Below are positions 22,293 through 32,481 of a stretch of DNA of 64,000 nt, piece by piece (positions within the stretch are counted from its first letter, which is position 1; the number at the start of each line of letters is the position of its first letter). Source of the DNA: Nitrospirota bacterium (lineage in GTDB: Bacteria > Nitrospirota > UBA9217); contig CAVVUN010000015.1 of NCBI GenBank assembly GCA_963751455.1, positions 1,600,001 to 1,664,000 on the forward strand. The letters run 5' to 3'. The notes under the pieces were generated by a model that saw only the letters and a list, made by a program, of their open reading frames with translations, was not told where the DNA came from and did not search any database. Position numbers and translations under genes: made by a program.

Positions 22293-22798
22293 ATGACGCG
22301 CAAGGCCGCGAAAATATGGCACCGAATTTCACTGACTCCCAAAATGCTGTTTCTTGCCGTCCTGGTCGGGATGGTCGTCTGGTCAAGCCTGGATCAGCTC
22401 CAGAGCAGGACGCTGAGGGAAATACTCAAGGCCAACCTGGCGCAAAGGCTCCAGAAACATGTCCACGAAGACAGGATACGGTTCGATAATTATGTGGCGG
22501 CTTATAATCAAGCCGCTAAGCTGATAGTTTCTCAGCATAGTTTCCATGAGTACGTCGCTGACTACCTGGCGAGGGAGGGACACGTCAAGCCGAGTCGTGT
22601 TTCATACGGATCTTCCCGCCTAGCTCCCCGGCAATCATGCGTAAATTCGCGTATATCAGCTATGCGGTGCTGATTGACGACAAAGGACTTGTCCGGGAAG
22701 TTTACCAGGCACACCCGGGAACGGCGCCTGCGTCTCTTCTCAAATTTTCCGAACTCCTGAGGCAGTTAAGCCATAACCAGAGCTTCATGACCGGTGAT
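22293..22798 (+). pseudogene. Truncated, frameshifted paralog of the N-terminal sensor part of the 18500-20314 kinase
   Basis: HRISLTPKMLF..RLQKHVHEDRIRFDNYVAAYNQAAKL, then in another frame MRKFAYI..GLVREVYQA..QLSHNQSFMT; similarity ends near 22798 with no TM2 or kinase domain. Confidence 0.8.
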
Positions 22799-22948
22799 TG
22801 TTTACGATTTTTGGTCTCTTTCCATGACATATCCAGCCAACATCATGATTCTAAATATCAGACCGCCATGGTCATAATACTTAGTCAAGGAAAAGAATTA
22901 ATAAACATCGGAACTGTCCCCGGTTTCTTGGAACCAGCCCCGTTTTTG

Positions 22949-22977
22949 TTGACTGCATCGAAGAACTATGACATAAT
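22949..22977 (+). promoter_or_regulatory. Putative sigma70 promoter of cytochrome gene 1
   Basis: TTGACT-N17-CATAAT. Confidence 0.5.
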
Positions 22978-23166
22978 CCGGACGTTTTCTTTGTCAGCCT
23001 GTATTATAAATTAAGACTAAAAGGACGCTTCAACCCTTTAGAGCTGGCTGCCCCGGAAACACTGGGGAGACTGCACAACTGCTGGGTGTACAGGACAGCG
23101 GCCGAGCTGCCGGGAATGCCAGCCAATTCTAACAGGGCCCAAGAGTTATGTCAGGTACTGGAGCCG

Positions 23167-24006
23167 ATGAATTCAGTAAAGCGCAGCAGCTTGATTGTTA
23201 TAGTATGCCTGAACGCGGTACTCATCGCGCTTCTTGTTCTGTCGGGCAGCGCGCCTGCACAAATAAAAATACAGTATAAAAAAGAAGATTGCGTGAAATG
23301 CCATGCCGCCCGGGTAAACGATATAGCCACGGCTGGAAGGAAACACAGGAGTGTTCCCTGCGTAGGCTGCCACCCCGGTCATCCGCCGGACGTGAAGAAG
23401 CCGATTGCGCAATGCGCGAAGTGCCATCCGAAGACTCGGAAAGCGCATTTCGAAGTAGGAGGCTGCCTCAATTGTCATAAAAATCCGCACACCCCTTTGA
23501 ACATACCGCTTACAGGCAAAGAGGGATGTCTTAACTGCCATGCGCTCCAAATTCGACAGCTCAAGGACAGCAAGAGCAAGCATACCGCTCTTGACTGCTC
23601 GTTCTGCCACGACGTTCATCGAAAAGTCCCGAAGTGCACCCAGTGCCACTTGTCCCATTCCGATACGATCCTCGGTGACTGCAAAGAATGCCACAATGCT
23701 CATATGCCAAGGCATGTGAGGTATTCTGTTGAAATACCGTCAAAAGACTGCGGCGCTTGCCACAGCACGGCTTTAAGCCTTCTGGCGTCCAGTAAAACCA
23801 AGCACAAGCCATTTGCCTGTGCATTCTGCCATCAGGAGAAACATAAGATGGTGCCTAAGTGCCGCGACTGCCATGGTTCGCCGCATCCTGCAGGTATAAT
23901 GGCAAAGTTCGCGAACTGCGGCGAGTGCCATAAAATCGCTCACGATCTCAATAACTGGACCGCGGCGGACATTCCGGACACAGCGAACCATGCGCCGCGG
24001 AAATAA
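23167..24006 (+). CDS. Periplasmic multiheme cytochrome c (12 CxxCH)
   Basis: Signal peptide; 12 CxxCH motifs counted (CVKCH ... CGECH) in three 4-heme repeats. Confidence 0.92.
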   Translation: MNSVKRSSLIVIVCLNAVLIALLVLSGSAPAQIKIQYKKEDCVKCHAARVNDIATAGRKHRSVPCVGCHPGHPPDVKKPIAQCAKCHPKTRKAHFEVGGCLNCHKNPHTPLNIPLTGKEGCLNCHALQIRQLKDSKSKHTALDCSFCHDVHRKVPKCTQCHLSHSDTILGDCKECHNAHMPRHVRYSVEIPSKDCGACHSTALSLLASSKTKHKPFACAFCHQEKHKMVPKCRDCHGSPHPAGIMAKFANCGECHKIAHDLNNWTAADIPDTANHAPRK

Positions 24007-24030
24007 ACATTCCCGGTTACCGAGAGACAG

Positions 24031-24059
24031 TTGACTGATTCAGCTAAATATGGCACAAT
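24031..24059 (+). promoter_or_regulatory. Putative sigma70 promoter of cytochrome gene 2
   Basis: TTGACT-N17-CACAAT, same layout as upstream of the paralog. Confidence 0.5.
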
Positions 24060-24139
24060 GTCGGCTGTTTTTGACTTCCTGATTTTTGAGCGAGATTCGC
24101 TCTCTGGAAAAACGGCATATTTCAATTAAAGGAGGAAAC

Positions 24140-25021
24140 ATGAAAGCATTAAAAGGCAGTAGTTTTACGGTTATGGTATTCCTGGTCCTCTGTATGTCTC
24201 TGTTTCTTGTCTCAGCTGGTACAGCAGCTGCACAATCGAAAAACAGTCAGCCGCCCGCGAAGTCAAAGCCGGCCCTGTCAAGCGACGATTGTCTCAAGTG
24301 TCATGAAGCTCCGCCGAACGACATAGCAGCCGCCGGCGGGAAACACAAGGATGTAGGGTGTACAGGCTGTCATAACGGCCATCCGCCGACCGTAAAGAAG
24401 CCGATTCCCCTGTGCAACGACTGTCATATGGGCAAGGCGCACTTTGAACTCAAGGGCTGCCTAGGGTGTCACAAAAACCCGCATACGCCGTTAAAAATAT
24501 CATTTGCAAATAATGTTACCGACCCTTGTCTCACCTGCCACACGCCGCAAATCGATCAACTCAGGAAGAACAAGAGCAAGCATACCGCCCTTGACTGTTC
24601 GAGATGTCATGACGTTCACCGGAAGATACCCCAGTGCACGCAGTGCCACAAGCCGCACTCCACAGAAATGACGGCCGGAGACTGCAAGAAATGTCACAAG
24701 CCGCATATGCCTACGCGCGTGACCTATGCCGCGGATACACCTTCGAAAGACTGCGGCGCATGCCATGCCAATGTTTTGAGCATGCTTACGGCGAGCAAGG
24801 CCAAGCACAAGACCTTCGCATGCGCATTCTGTCATCAGGAAAAGCATAAGATGGTTCCCAACTGCTCGGATTGCCATGGTTCACCGCATCCCGCCGGCAT
24901 CATGGTGAAGTTCCCGAAGTGCGGCGATTGTCACAAGATCGCTCACGACTTGAATAACTGGCCTGCGAATGCCGCCGAATCTTCCGCAGCGCCCAAAGAA
25001 GCACCGAAGAAACGCAAATAG
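24140..25021 (+). CDS. Periplasmic multiheme cytochrome c (12 CxxCH), paralog of the upstream gene
   Basis: RBS GGAGG; signal peptide; 12 CxxCH (CLKCH ... CGDCH). Confidence 0.94.
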   Translation: MKALKGSSFTVMVFLVLCMSLFLVSAGTAAAQSKNSQPPAKSKPALSSDDCLKCHEAPPNDIAAAGGKHKDVGCTGCHNGHPPTVKKPIPLCNDCHMGKAHFELKGCLGCHKNPHTPLKISFANNVTDPCLTCHTPQIDQLRKNKSKHTALDCSRCHDVHRKIPQCTQCHKPHSTEMTAGDCKKCHKPHMPTRVTYAADTPSKDCGACHANVLSMLTASKAKHKTFACAFCHQEKHKMVPNCSDCHGSPHPAGIMVKFPKCGDCHKIAHDLNNWPANAAESSAAPKEAPKKRK

Positions 25022-25037
25022 GATACTTTGAAAAGCC

Positions 25038-25074
25038 AAGGAGGGCCTGTGATTAAGCAGGCCCTCCTTTTTTT
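25038..25074 (+). terminator. Rho-independent terminator
   Basis: AAGGAGGGCCTG/CAGGCCCTCCTT stem followed by a T-run. Confidence 0.85.
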
Positions 25075-25336
25075 GTGGAACGTGTTATCTATCCCCTGAC
25101 CGAACCAGAGCCAATGCTTTTTAATCACTGAATTTGGTTCCAATTGTTCTCCGCCTGCTTCAGAAGCTTTGGCATCATAATAAATTTCCCTAAGCTAAAT
25201 TTTAAAATCGCAAGTTCAATTGTAAAGTGCAACACTTGGGAGAGCAGCAACGGGACGACCTGCGAGTTCAGCTCTTGTTCAGGGGTCGTCCCCGCAGTCG
25301 AACCAGTAATGAATTCATCCGAGGTCTGTGACCGGA

Positions 25337-26667
25337 TTACGAGGAGGTTTTTGGCGCAGGCCTCAGGAACAGGAGGTCTTTCACCATGATCAGCAGCCCG
25401 GCCAGGAAACAGAGGCCGAGGAAGAATGTGACCAGAAGCCAGAGTCGCATGTATGATTGAGCGATCATATAGCCCATCCCGAGTACGCGTTCGAGATAGG
25501 ACTGCACCACGCCTGCGATGCCGAACGAGATGCCCATCAGCAGCATGGCGGTGACCATTGTCCAGAAGGCGGCGGTGCCGCGGGAAGAATCATACACGTC
25601 TATTCCCTTGAGCTTCGGCATCGCAAAATAAAAGACCATGATGTTCAACAGCGCGTAGGCGCCGAAGAACGCGAGATGGCCGTGCGAGACGGTCACCTGC
25701 GAGCCGTGCGTGTAGTAGTTGATCTGCGGCAGCGTATGCATGAAACCCCAGACCCCGGCGCCGACCACGTGCATGACCGCAGTGGTGATAGCGATGGTCC
25801 AGGTAAGCTGATTTTTTATCACGGTCCTGCGGTGCCGGACGTGGCTGATCGTATCAACGAGCATGAGCAGGATCGGGAGAGGTTCCAGCGCCGAGAAGAC
25901 GCCGCCTACCCAGAGCCAGTATTTGGGAGCGCCGATCCAGTAATAATGATGGCCGGTTCCCGCGATGCCCGTAAAGAGGAACAGGCCGATCTCGACATAA
26001 AGCCATTTTTCCAGAACGTGCCGGTCGATTCCGGTAAGCTTCAGCAGTACAAAGGCGAATATCGAAGCGGTCACGAGTTCCCAGGCGCCTTCCACCCACA
26101 GATGAATGACCCACCACCAGTAATACCAGTCGATCACCTCGTTCCGGTAAAAGGGTATCCCGAAGAGATACTGGGCTGCGAGAAAGATCAGGCCGCCAAG
26201 AAGCGTACCCTGGATCACGGTCCAGCGTTTTGCCCTGAACATGGTCATGCCCACATTGAACAGAAAAATGAGCGCGCCGATTACCACAACGATGTCGAGT
26301 GGACGGGGTATTTCGAGGAGCGGCCTTCCCTGTGTCCAGCCGAAAAGAAATCCGACAAGAGCGACCACACCGGTGACAACAAGGCGATAAGCTGGATCCA
26401 CGCGAGACGGACAGAGTAAAGCTCGCTTCTCGTTTCCTCGGGTACTATGTAGTATGTGCCTCCCATGAAGCCGAGGAGCATCCACAACACGAGGAGATTC
26501 GTGTGCATGGCGCGGGCAGTGGCAAAGGGAAAGACATCAACAATAGCTTGCGGCACCGTGAAACTGTAATTATAGGCAAGCCACAGTCCCAGGATCACCT
26601 GGAGCACGAAGAGCGGCAAGGCAGCGACGAAATACCAGTAGGCTACTTTCTGAGAACGATATTCCAT
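25337..26667 (-). CDS. norB: Nitric oxide reductase large subunit NorB (cNOR); 1-bp deletion near 26383
   Basis: ORFs 26281-26667 and 25337-26485 join; RAMHTNLLVLW, WWVIHLWVEG, GTGHHYYWIG, HGHLAFFGAY. Confidence 0.92.
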
Positions 26668-26723
26668 ACAGTCCTCCTCTTTTCCGTATGTAGGCCTGGC
26701 GACGAACGCGTTTCTCTTTTATC

Positions 26724-27425
26724 CTACTTTAAATTCGCCAGGAAGCCGGCGACTGCCTCCAGTTCCTTGTCCGACAGGTCCTTCTGCGGCGGCATCAGCG
26801 CCCTGGGGTTAATAGACTTGGGGTCCTGTATATAGTGCTCGATCCGCTCTTTGTTCATCTTTCTGCCTACCGTATCGAGCGCCGGCCCGAAGACCCCTCC
26901 TTTTCCGTGCAGGGAATGGCAGTTTATGCACCCGCGAGTCTGAAATACGGCTGCGCCCGGCTGCACACCGGCGCCCGCAATCATCCGCTCTTCGCCCCTC
27001 GTGAACCTTCTTTTGCTGTCCTGCGGAGGCCAATCCCCGTTGTCGATGTTGCCGACCCAGGTAAAAAAAGCAACCAGATTGTTAATTTCTGCATCGGTGA
27101 CGTTCTGGTTCGGCATCTTTCGCCATGATGAGGCAAATGCTTTTGCGGGATCTTTAACACGGAAGCGAATGCCGTCTTCGCCGATTCGCTGAACCACTTT
27201 GGTAAGATCCGGCGCGTAATAACCGCCGAAACCGATGATCGTATGGCAGTCATTGCAGTTGTATTTTTCAAAGATTCTTTTTCCCTCTACCACCGTATCA
27301 GTCAGCTTGTCCACATGCGAAAGCGTTTCGACCTGTTTGTGGGTGTCCCAGGTCAAGTAGAGGAAAAGAGCTGCCGAAGAAATGGTCCCCCACAAGAATA
27401 TCAGAAAAGCGGTTTTCTTCGACAT
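26724..27425 (-). CDS. norC: Nitric oxide reductase cytochrome c subunit NorC with an extra C-terminal c-heme domain
   Basis: RBS GGAGG; N-terminal TM; CNDCH..GGYYAPDLT..RKMP; second CINCH..GPAL..LMP; upstream of norB. Confidence 0.88.
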   Translation of the reverse strand: MSKKTAFLIFLWGTISSAALFLYLTWDTHKQVETLSHVDKLTDTVVEGKRIFEKYNCNDCHTIIGFGGYYAPDLTKVVQRIGEDGIRFRVKDPAKAFASSWRKMPNQNVTDAEINNLVAFFTWVGNIDNGDWPPQDSKRRFTRGEERMIAGAGVQPGAAVFQTRGCINCHSLHGKGGVFGPALDTVGRKMNKERIEHYIQDPKSINPRALMPPQKDLSDKELEAVAGFLANLK

Positions 27426-27648
27426 GGCACCTCCCGATTGTTGAAGATGAGTCATTGTCAAAAAGAGTCGTCGGAGCAGCCCCGCTGCATGCCCCATCTC
27501 TGGTAATAATCATATCGCTTTTTTATCGGCGGATTGACCGCTGAAAAACGGTAAGAGACCTCTATTACAAAAGATTGTATAAGCCCGGCTGCTCCGTGTC
27601 GGCGGTTTTGATTGAAAAAGAAAAATAATTAAGGTAAACTTGATTTCC

Positions 27649-28884
27649 ATGGCGCGTGAAATCAAAGCAAACTCCGGCGGCTGGTCGAAAGGACTCAGCC
27701 GCAATGTGGTTCTTCTCGGTTTTGTCAGCCTTTTAAACGACGGCGCCTCGGAAATGATATACCCGCTCCTGCCCGTTTTTCTGACGGCTGTTCTCGGGGC
27801 CGGCCCGGCGGCCCTGGGCATCATTGAAGGGATTGCCGAGGCAACCGCATCACTGCTCAAGCTCTACTCCGGGTACCTTTCCGACCGTGTGAAGAAGCGA
27901 AAGGGCTGGATCGTCGCGGGCTATTCCCTTTCGAATGTTATCCGTCCGCTTATCGCCTTTGCCTCGTCATGGCTGCACGTTCTTGTTCTCCGTTTTTCTG
28001 ACCGCATCGGGAAAGGTCTGCGAACATCACCCCGGGACGCAATTATCGCCGAGTCGACCCCGGCCGAGTACCGCGGCAAGGCGTACGGGTTTCATCGGGC
28101 CATGGACCACAGCGGCGCTATCATCGGCCCTCTCATCGCAACCGCGCTGCTGGTTGTCTACGAAGAGAACCTCAAGGCCGTTTTCCTGCTGTCCTTCATC
28201 CCGGGACTGCTTGCAGTCTCCCTGCTCTTGCTCGGCCTCAAAGAAACGCCTTTGGAGGTGACACACTCACGGAAGACTGTGTTCAATTTCAGATCGGCAT
28301 TTCAAGAGATGCCACGCGGATTCCGGTCTTATCTCCTTATTATTCTCATATTTACGCTCGGAAACTCGACGGATGCGTTTCTTCTTTTGCGCGCCCAGCA
28401 GTTGGGCGTCCCTGTGAGTCTGCTTCCGACGATCTGGGTTGTGCTTCATGTCGTAAAGATGGCATTCTCGGTGCCCGGAGGGGCCTCCTCAGACCGTATC
28501 GGCAGAAAGAAAGTCATCATTGCGGGCTGGATCATCTATGCGCTCGTATATGGAGGCTTTGCGGTTGCGAACCACCAGTGGCATGCCTGGGCGCTTTTCG
28601 CGGTCTACGGCGTCTTTTTCGGTTTGACTGAAGGCGTAGAAAAGGCGCTTGTGGCGGACTTCGCACCGGCGCACCTGCGGGGGTCGGCGTTCGGCCTTTA
28701 TCATCTTATTGTCGGGGTGGGAGCGTTTCCGGCTTCGCTTATTTTCGGGCTTGTTTGGCAGAAATTCGGTTTCGCGGCCGCGTTTGGAATGGGGGCGTCA
28801 CTGGCACTGGCAGCGATCATAATGCTGTCCATGCTGAATGTCGGGAAACCGGGTGATAACCAAACAGAAGCCATCCCCACCTAA
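27649..28884 (+). CDS. Major facilitator superfamily transporter
   Basis: About 12 hydrophobic segments; GYLSDRVKKRK, SDRIGRKKV, GKAYGFHRAMD. Confidence 0.92.
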   Translation: MAREIKANSGGWSKGLSRNVVLLGFVSLLNDGASEMIYPLLPVFLTAVLGAGPAALGIIEGIAEATASLLKLYSGYLSDRVKKRKGWIVAGYSLSNVIRPLIAFASSWLHVLVLRFSDRIGKGLRTSPRDAIIAESTPAEYRGKAYGFHRAMDHSGAIIGPLIATALLVVYEENLKAVFLLSFIPGLLAVSLLLLGLKETPLEVTHSRKTVFNFRSAFQEMPRGFRSYLLIILIFTLGNSTDAFLLLRAQQLGVPVSLLPTIWVVLHVVKMAFSVPGGASSDRIGRKKVIIAGWIIYALVYGGFAVANHQWHAWALFAVYGVFFGLTEGVEKALVADFAPAHLRGSAFGLYHLIVGVGAFPASLIFGLVWQKFGFAAAFGMGASLALAAIIMLSMLNVGKPGDNQTEAIPT

Positions 28885-28977
28885 GCTCTCTGAGGGGAAA
28901 TACTGTGAGGGGATGGGTCAAAAACTGATTCTTGGATTTGGAGTTTAGTGTAATTTCGGATTGAGAGAGGATTGTTC

Positions 28978-29577
28978 ATGTCAACCTATACCGTAGCGAT
29001 CACGGGCGCGAGCGGGGCACCATATGCGCTCAAACTTCTTCAGGTTCTGATCAAGGGCGGGCACTCCGCATTTTGTTCAATATCCAGGGAGGGGCTTTCA
29101 ATCCTGAAGGACGAGACGAGCCTGATGCTGAAGGGGTCAGAGACCGATATCCAGTACACTCTCGAAAAGCATCTGGAAGCGAAGCAGGGACAAATCACCT
29201 ATTTCGATGAAGACAACATGTATGCCGCGATAGCAAGCGGTTCGGTCAAGGTCGATGCCATGATCGTCATACCGTGTTCCATGAAGACCCTGTCGGCAAT
29301 GGCGCACGGCTATGCCTCGACGCTTATTGAGCGGGCCGCGGATGTTACCTTGAAGGAAAAGAGGAAGCTGATCATCGTTCCGCGGGAAACGCCGCTCTCC
29401 GCCGTTCACCTTCGTAATATGCTCACGCTTGCTGAATTGGGGTGCTACGTTATTCCTGCGATGCCCGCCTTTTATCAGCATCCGAAAAAGGTTTCAGATA
29501 TGGTCGACTTCATCGTGGGAAGGGTGTTGGACAGTCTCGAAATCGAGAACGATCTTTCTCCGAGATGGGGAATGTAG
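28978..29577 (+). CDS. ubiX: Flavin prenyltransferase UbiX
   Basis: VAITGASGA, IASGS, PCSMKTL, RAADVTLKE, PRETP, PAMPAFY. Confidence 0.95.
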   Translation: MSTYTVAITGASGAPYALKLLQVLIKGGHSAFCSISREGLSILKDETSLMLKGSETDIQYTLEKHLEAKQGQITYFDEDNMYAAIASGSVKVDAMIVIPCSMKTLSAMAHGYASTLIERAADVTLKEKRKLIIVPRETPLSAVHLRNMLTLAELGCYVIPAMPAFYQHPKKVSDMVDFIVGRVLDSLEIENDLSPRWGM

Positions 29578-29632
29578 AATTGCGATTGCGGATTTCACAT
29601 CCGAAATCCGAAATTCGCAATCCGAAATTGAG
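29570..29632. repeat. Period-7 inverted-repeat element (ATTGCGG/CCGAAAT type)
   Basis: ggaatgt agaattg cgattgc ggattt ... atccgaa atccgaa attcgca atccgaa; lies between convergent genes and includes the ubiX stop. Confidence 0.75.
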
Positions 29633-29633
29633 A

Positions 29634-30029
29634 TCATGCCGCCTTCGGTTCATGGAGGGCCGCTTTTACGACCCGCTCGAATTCCGTTTTACCCACCGGT
29701 TTGTTCACGTACTCAAAAACGCCGAGGCTCAACGACTGGAAGTAGTTTTCGATGCTTCCGAACGCCGTGATCATGATCACGGGTACGGCAGGCAGGATTC
29801 GTCTCAATTTCATGACAAGCTCAAGTCCGCTCATGTCCGGCATCCGGTAGTCGGTTATGATCAGGTCGATGCCCGGTGCATTCTGTATCGCGGACAGCGC
29901 CGATGTTCCGTCCGGCATGGCGATGACGCTGTATCCGAGATCGCCCAGGATCTCACTGAAGATCCGCCGATTTTCCGGCTCATCTTCGACGACCAGTATT
30001 ATCCTCTTTTCCTTGTTGCTCTTACTCAT
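29634..30029 (-). CDS. Single-domain response regulator
   Basis: ILVVEDE, ITDYRMP, VIMITAFG, KPV. Confidence 0.9.
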   Translation of the reverse strand: MSKSNKEKRIILVVEDEPENRRIFSEILGDLGYSVIAMPDGTSALSAIQNAPGIDLIITDYRMPDMSGLELVMKLRRILPAVPVIMITAFGSIENYFQSLSLGVFEYVNKPVGKTEFERVVKAALHEPKAA

Positions 30030-30067
30030 TACTACTCCTTTTTCGGGAAAAGCAATGCGCCCTCCCG

Positions 30068-32056
30068 TTAAATCTTATGAGTGCGTATTTCGGCGGTACC
30101 GCCCGTACCGCCTTTTTTCCCCGCGGGCAGCATGATGTCCACGGTCGTTCCGGAGTCTTGCCGGCTCGATATTTCCACAGAACCGTTCATGGCTATAATC
30201 ATTTTTTTTACGATCACCAGCCCCAATCCCGTGCCCTTGACCTTCGTCGTGTAGAATGGTTTGAAAAGATTCAGCTGCTGCTGCTCTGTCATTCCGCATC
30301 CGTTGTCCTCGACCCGTATGCGGCACGCCGAATGCTTATCAGCTGCCGTCACCCGTATTCTCGGATTGCTGCGGCCCCGGAGTGCATCCGTGGAGTTGGT
30401 CAGCAGATTGATGAGTACCTGCTGGAGAGCGCGGGGATCGGCATAACAGAAGCTGCTCGATTCGTCGGCTGCCTCGATCTCTATTCCTTTCGCCCGGAAG
30501 TCTTCCTTGACGAGCGTCATCAGCTTGTCGAACAAGTCCTTGAGCTGTATGTTCTGCAGTTCAGGCTTTTCATACAGATTGAAGCTCCTCAAGGCGCGCA
30601 GCAGATAATTCACCCTTGCAATTTCACTCAATGCCCGGTCTATGTAGTCCTGGATGGCGTCTTTTTCGAGTTTCCCGATCTTTTCCCTGAGCACGCTTAA
30701 GATCATATTGGTTGAATTGACGGGGTTGGCTATTTCATGCCTGACTCCGGAAAAAATGAACCCGATGTTGTTCATGTTGTCCATTGCATGGGCAAGCGAC
30801 TCAAGGCGCAGCTTCTCGGACACGTCGCGTTTAATCGAAACATAGTTGATGGTCCGGCCGGCCCTGTTACTGATGGGGGAATATGTGCACTCCTCATCGT
30901 ACAAGGTCCCGTCTTTCTTTTTGTGGAGGAGCCGCCCGGTCCAGACTCCGTCGCGTTTCAGAGTTGCACGCAGGTCGCGATAAAACCGGTCATCCTGTTT
31001 TCCGCTGTCAAGAATGTGCAGGTTGCTTCCGACCGCCTCTAATTCGGAGTAGCCTGTCATCTTCTCGAATGCCGGATTCACGTACGAAATGACGCCGCGA
31101 ACGTCCGTTATGACTATAGAGTCGGCTGCTGAGTCTATCGCGGCCGCCAAAGTAATGCTGTTTTCCTCTGCCCGCTTGCGATCCGTAACATTTACGGCGC
31201 TCAATACGAGTCCGCTCACGGAACCGTCGACGTCCTTTACCGGCTGAAGACTCCAATTCCAGTAGGTGGGAGCGCCGTTAAAACCCGGGCTTTCGAAGGA
31301 CTTTTCATATTCGATATAGGGCTCGCCGGTTTCTACCACTCGTTTGAAAATTGCTTCATTTTCAGAATTAGGAAATATACTGAAGTAATTCCTTCCCACA
31401 AAATTGTCCGGCGTGCCGCCCGCAGCAACGGCGTACGCCCTGTTTACGCTGATGAAGTTGAAATTTCTGTCGACGTATGCGATATGAACGTCAATACTCT
31501 CGAAGATCCTTTTCAGGAATTCGTAGGCTTTGGTCAGTTGATCTGTCCGCTCGCGCACCTTTCGTTCCAGGTCCTCGTGCGATTCCTGGAGCGCCTGTGT
31601 CAGCCTCTGCTCTGTTATGTCCAGCATCGCGCCCACGATCCTCCTGGCCTTTCCAGACGGATCGCGCGCTATCAAAGCGCGGTCATGCACATGCGACCAT
31701 GCGCCGTCGGCCCTCAAAAAACGATATTCGGCTATCCAGGACGATGCCCCTGTTCTGATTGCTTCCTGAGCCGTCGAAACAACCCGCTCGCGGTCATCAG
31801 GATGGACACGCTGGATCCACCATTCCGGCGACGAACTCTCTTCCGGAAAACGGCCGAACCCGGTTGTATATGTATTGTTCCAGGAAACAACGTCGTTGAC
31901 CAGGTCCCAGTCCCAAATCGCCTCATTGGCGGCGTTGGTCGCAAGCCGAAGCCGCTCCTCGCTCACACTCAGCGCGTGGTCGGTTCCTTCCTGTTTCTCG
32001 GCGGCCGTCTTTCGGCAGCTCCTGCCGATTTTATACTGTATCGAATTTTTACTCAT
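30068..32056 (-). CDS. Cytoplasmic multi-PAS sensor histidine kinase
   Basis: Three PAS domains (IWDWD..HPDD; VNRAYA; VNPAFEKMTGY); GVRHEIANP; DNGCGM; GTGLGL. Confidence 0.9.
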   Translation of the reverse strand: MSKNSIQYKIGRSCRKTAAEKQEGTDHALSVSEERLRLATNAANEAIWDWDLVNDVVSWNNTYTTGFGRFPEESSSPEWWIQRVHPDDRERVVSTAQEAIRTGASSWIAEYRFLRADGAWSHVHDRALIARDPSGKARRIVGAMLDITEQRLTQALQESHEDLERKVRERTDQLTKAYEFLKRIFESIDVHIAYVDRNFNFISVNRAYAVAAGGTPDNFVGRNYFSIFPNSENEAIFKRVVETGEPYIEYEKSFESPGFNGAPTYWNWSLQPVKDVDGSVSGLVLSAVNVTDRKRAEENSITLAAAIDSAADSIVITDVRGVISYVNPAFEKMTGYSELEAVGSNLHILDSGKQDDRFYRDLRATLKRDGVWTGRLLHKKKDGTLYDEECTYSPISNRAGRTINYVSIKRDVSEKLRLESLAHAMDNMNNIGFIFSGVRHEIANPVNSTNMILSVLREKIGKLEKDAIQDYIDRALSEIARVNYLLRALRSFNLYEKPELQNIQLKDLFDKLMTLVKEDFRAKGIEIEAADESSSFCYADPRALQQVLINLLTNSTDALRGRSNPRIRVTAADKHSACRIRVEDNGCGMTEQQQLNLFKPFYTTKVKGTGLGLVIVKKMIIAMNGSVEISSRQDSGTTVDIMLPAGKKGGTGGTAEIRTHKI

Positions 32057-32308
32057 CTCTGCATTAATAGTTTGCTTCCATGAATGGATCAAGATCAAAA
32101 GATTTTATTGTTCGCCTGCAATATTCTTCGTGCTTTTAGTCTTCGGAGAATGCTCTATTAACAGTGTAGCATTTTTGAAGTTTTATTCGACATGTGCTGC
32201 TATGACTTTGTAATCGCATCGCGGGAAAAACCCACACTCTTCTTTAACCTGCCGTATGTTTTATTACACCTTCTCTCCCTGCAAAGTCAACATGACTCGC
32301 TTGGTTCT

Positions 32309-32481
32309 TTAATCCTAAAAACGGCATTTGAACACGGATGAACACGGAAACAGCGGATCAAAACAATGTGATAGAGCAAAAAGCCATCTCGCCTTTTGGG
32401 TGAATCCATTACTGTTCGTAACTTCCTATAAATCCGTGTTGATCGGATTTTATCCGTGTCCAACTGCTTTTTTCAGGTTAA
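32309..32481. mobile_element. MITE-like element with ~30-bp terminal inverted repeats and ACACGGAT-type nonamer repeats
   Basis: TTAATCCTAAAAACGGCATTTGAACACGGAT ... ATCCGTGTCCAACTGCTTTTTTCAGGTTAA; related copy at 40439-40619. Confidence 0.65.

Noticed and set aside
23040-23125. Cyclic di-GMP-I / cGAMP (GEMM) or cobalamin riboswitch before the cytochrome
   Set aside because: Only the 3' GCCGAGCTGCCG resembles GEMM. The conserved P2 tetraloop and GCAAA/GGAAA core are not in place, and the B12 box is absent.
24051-24066. Sigma54 promoter TGGCAC..GC before cytochrome 2
   Set aside because: The -12 element lacks TT, and the same bases fit a sigma70 promoter that is mirrored upstream of the paralog.
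26375-26390. norB frameshift as a real inactivation
   Set aside because: One missing C restores a full NorB with intact metal ligands. It cannot be told from a sequencing indel without reads.
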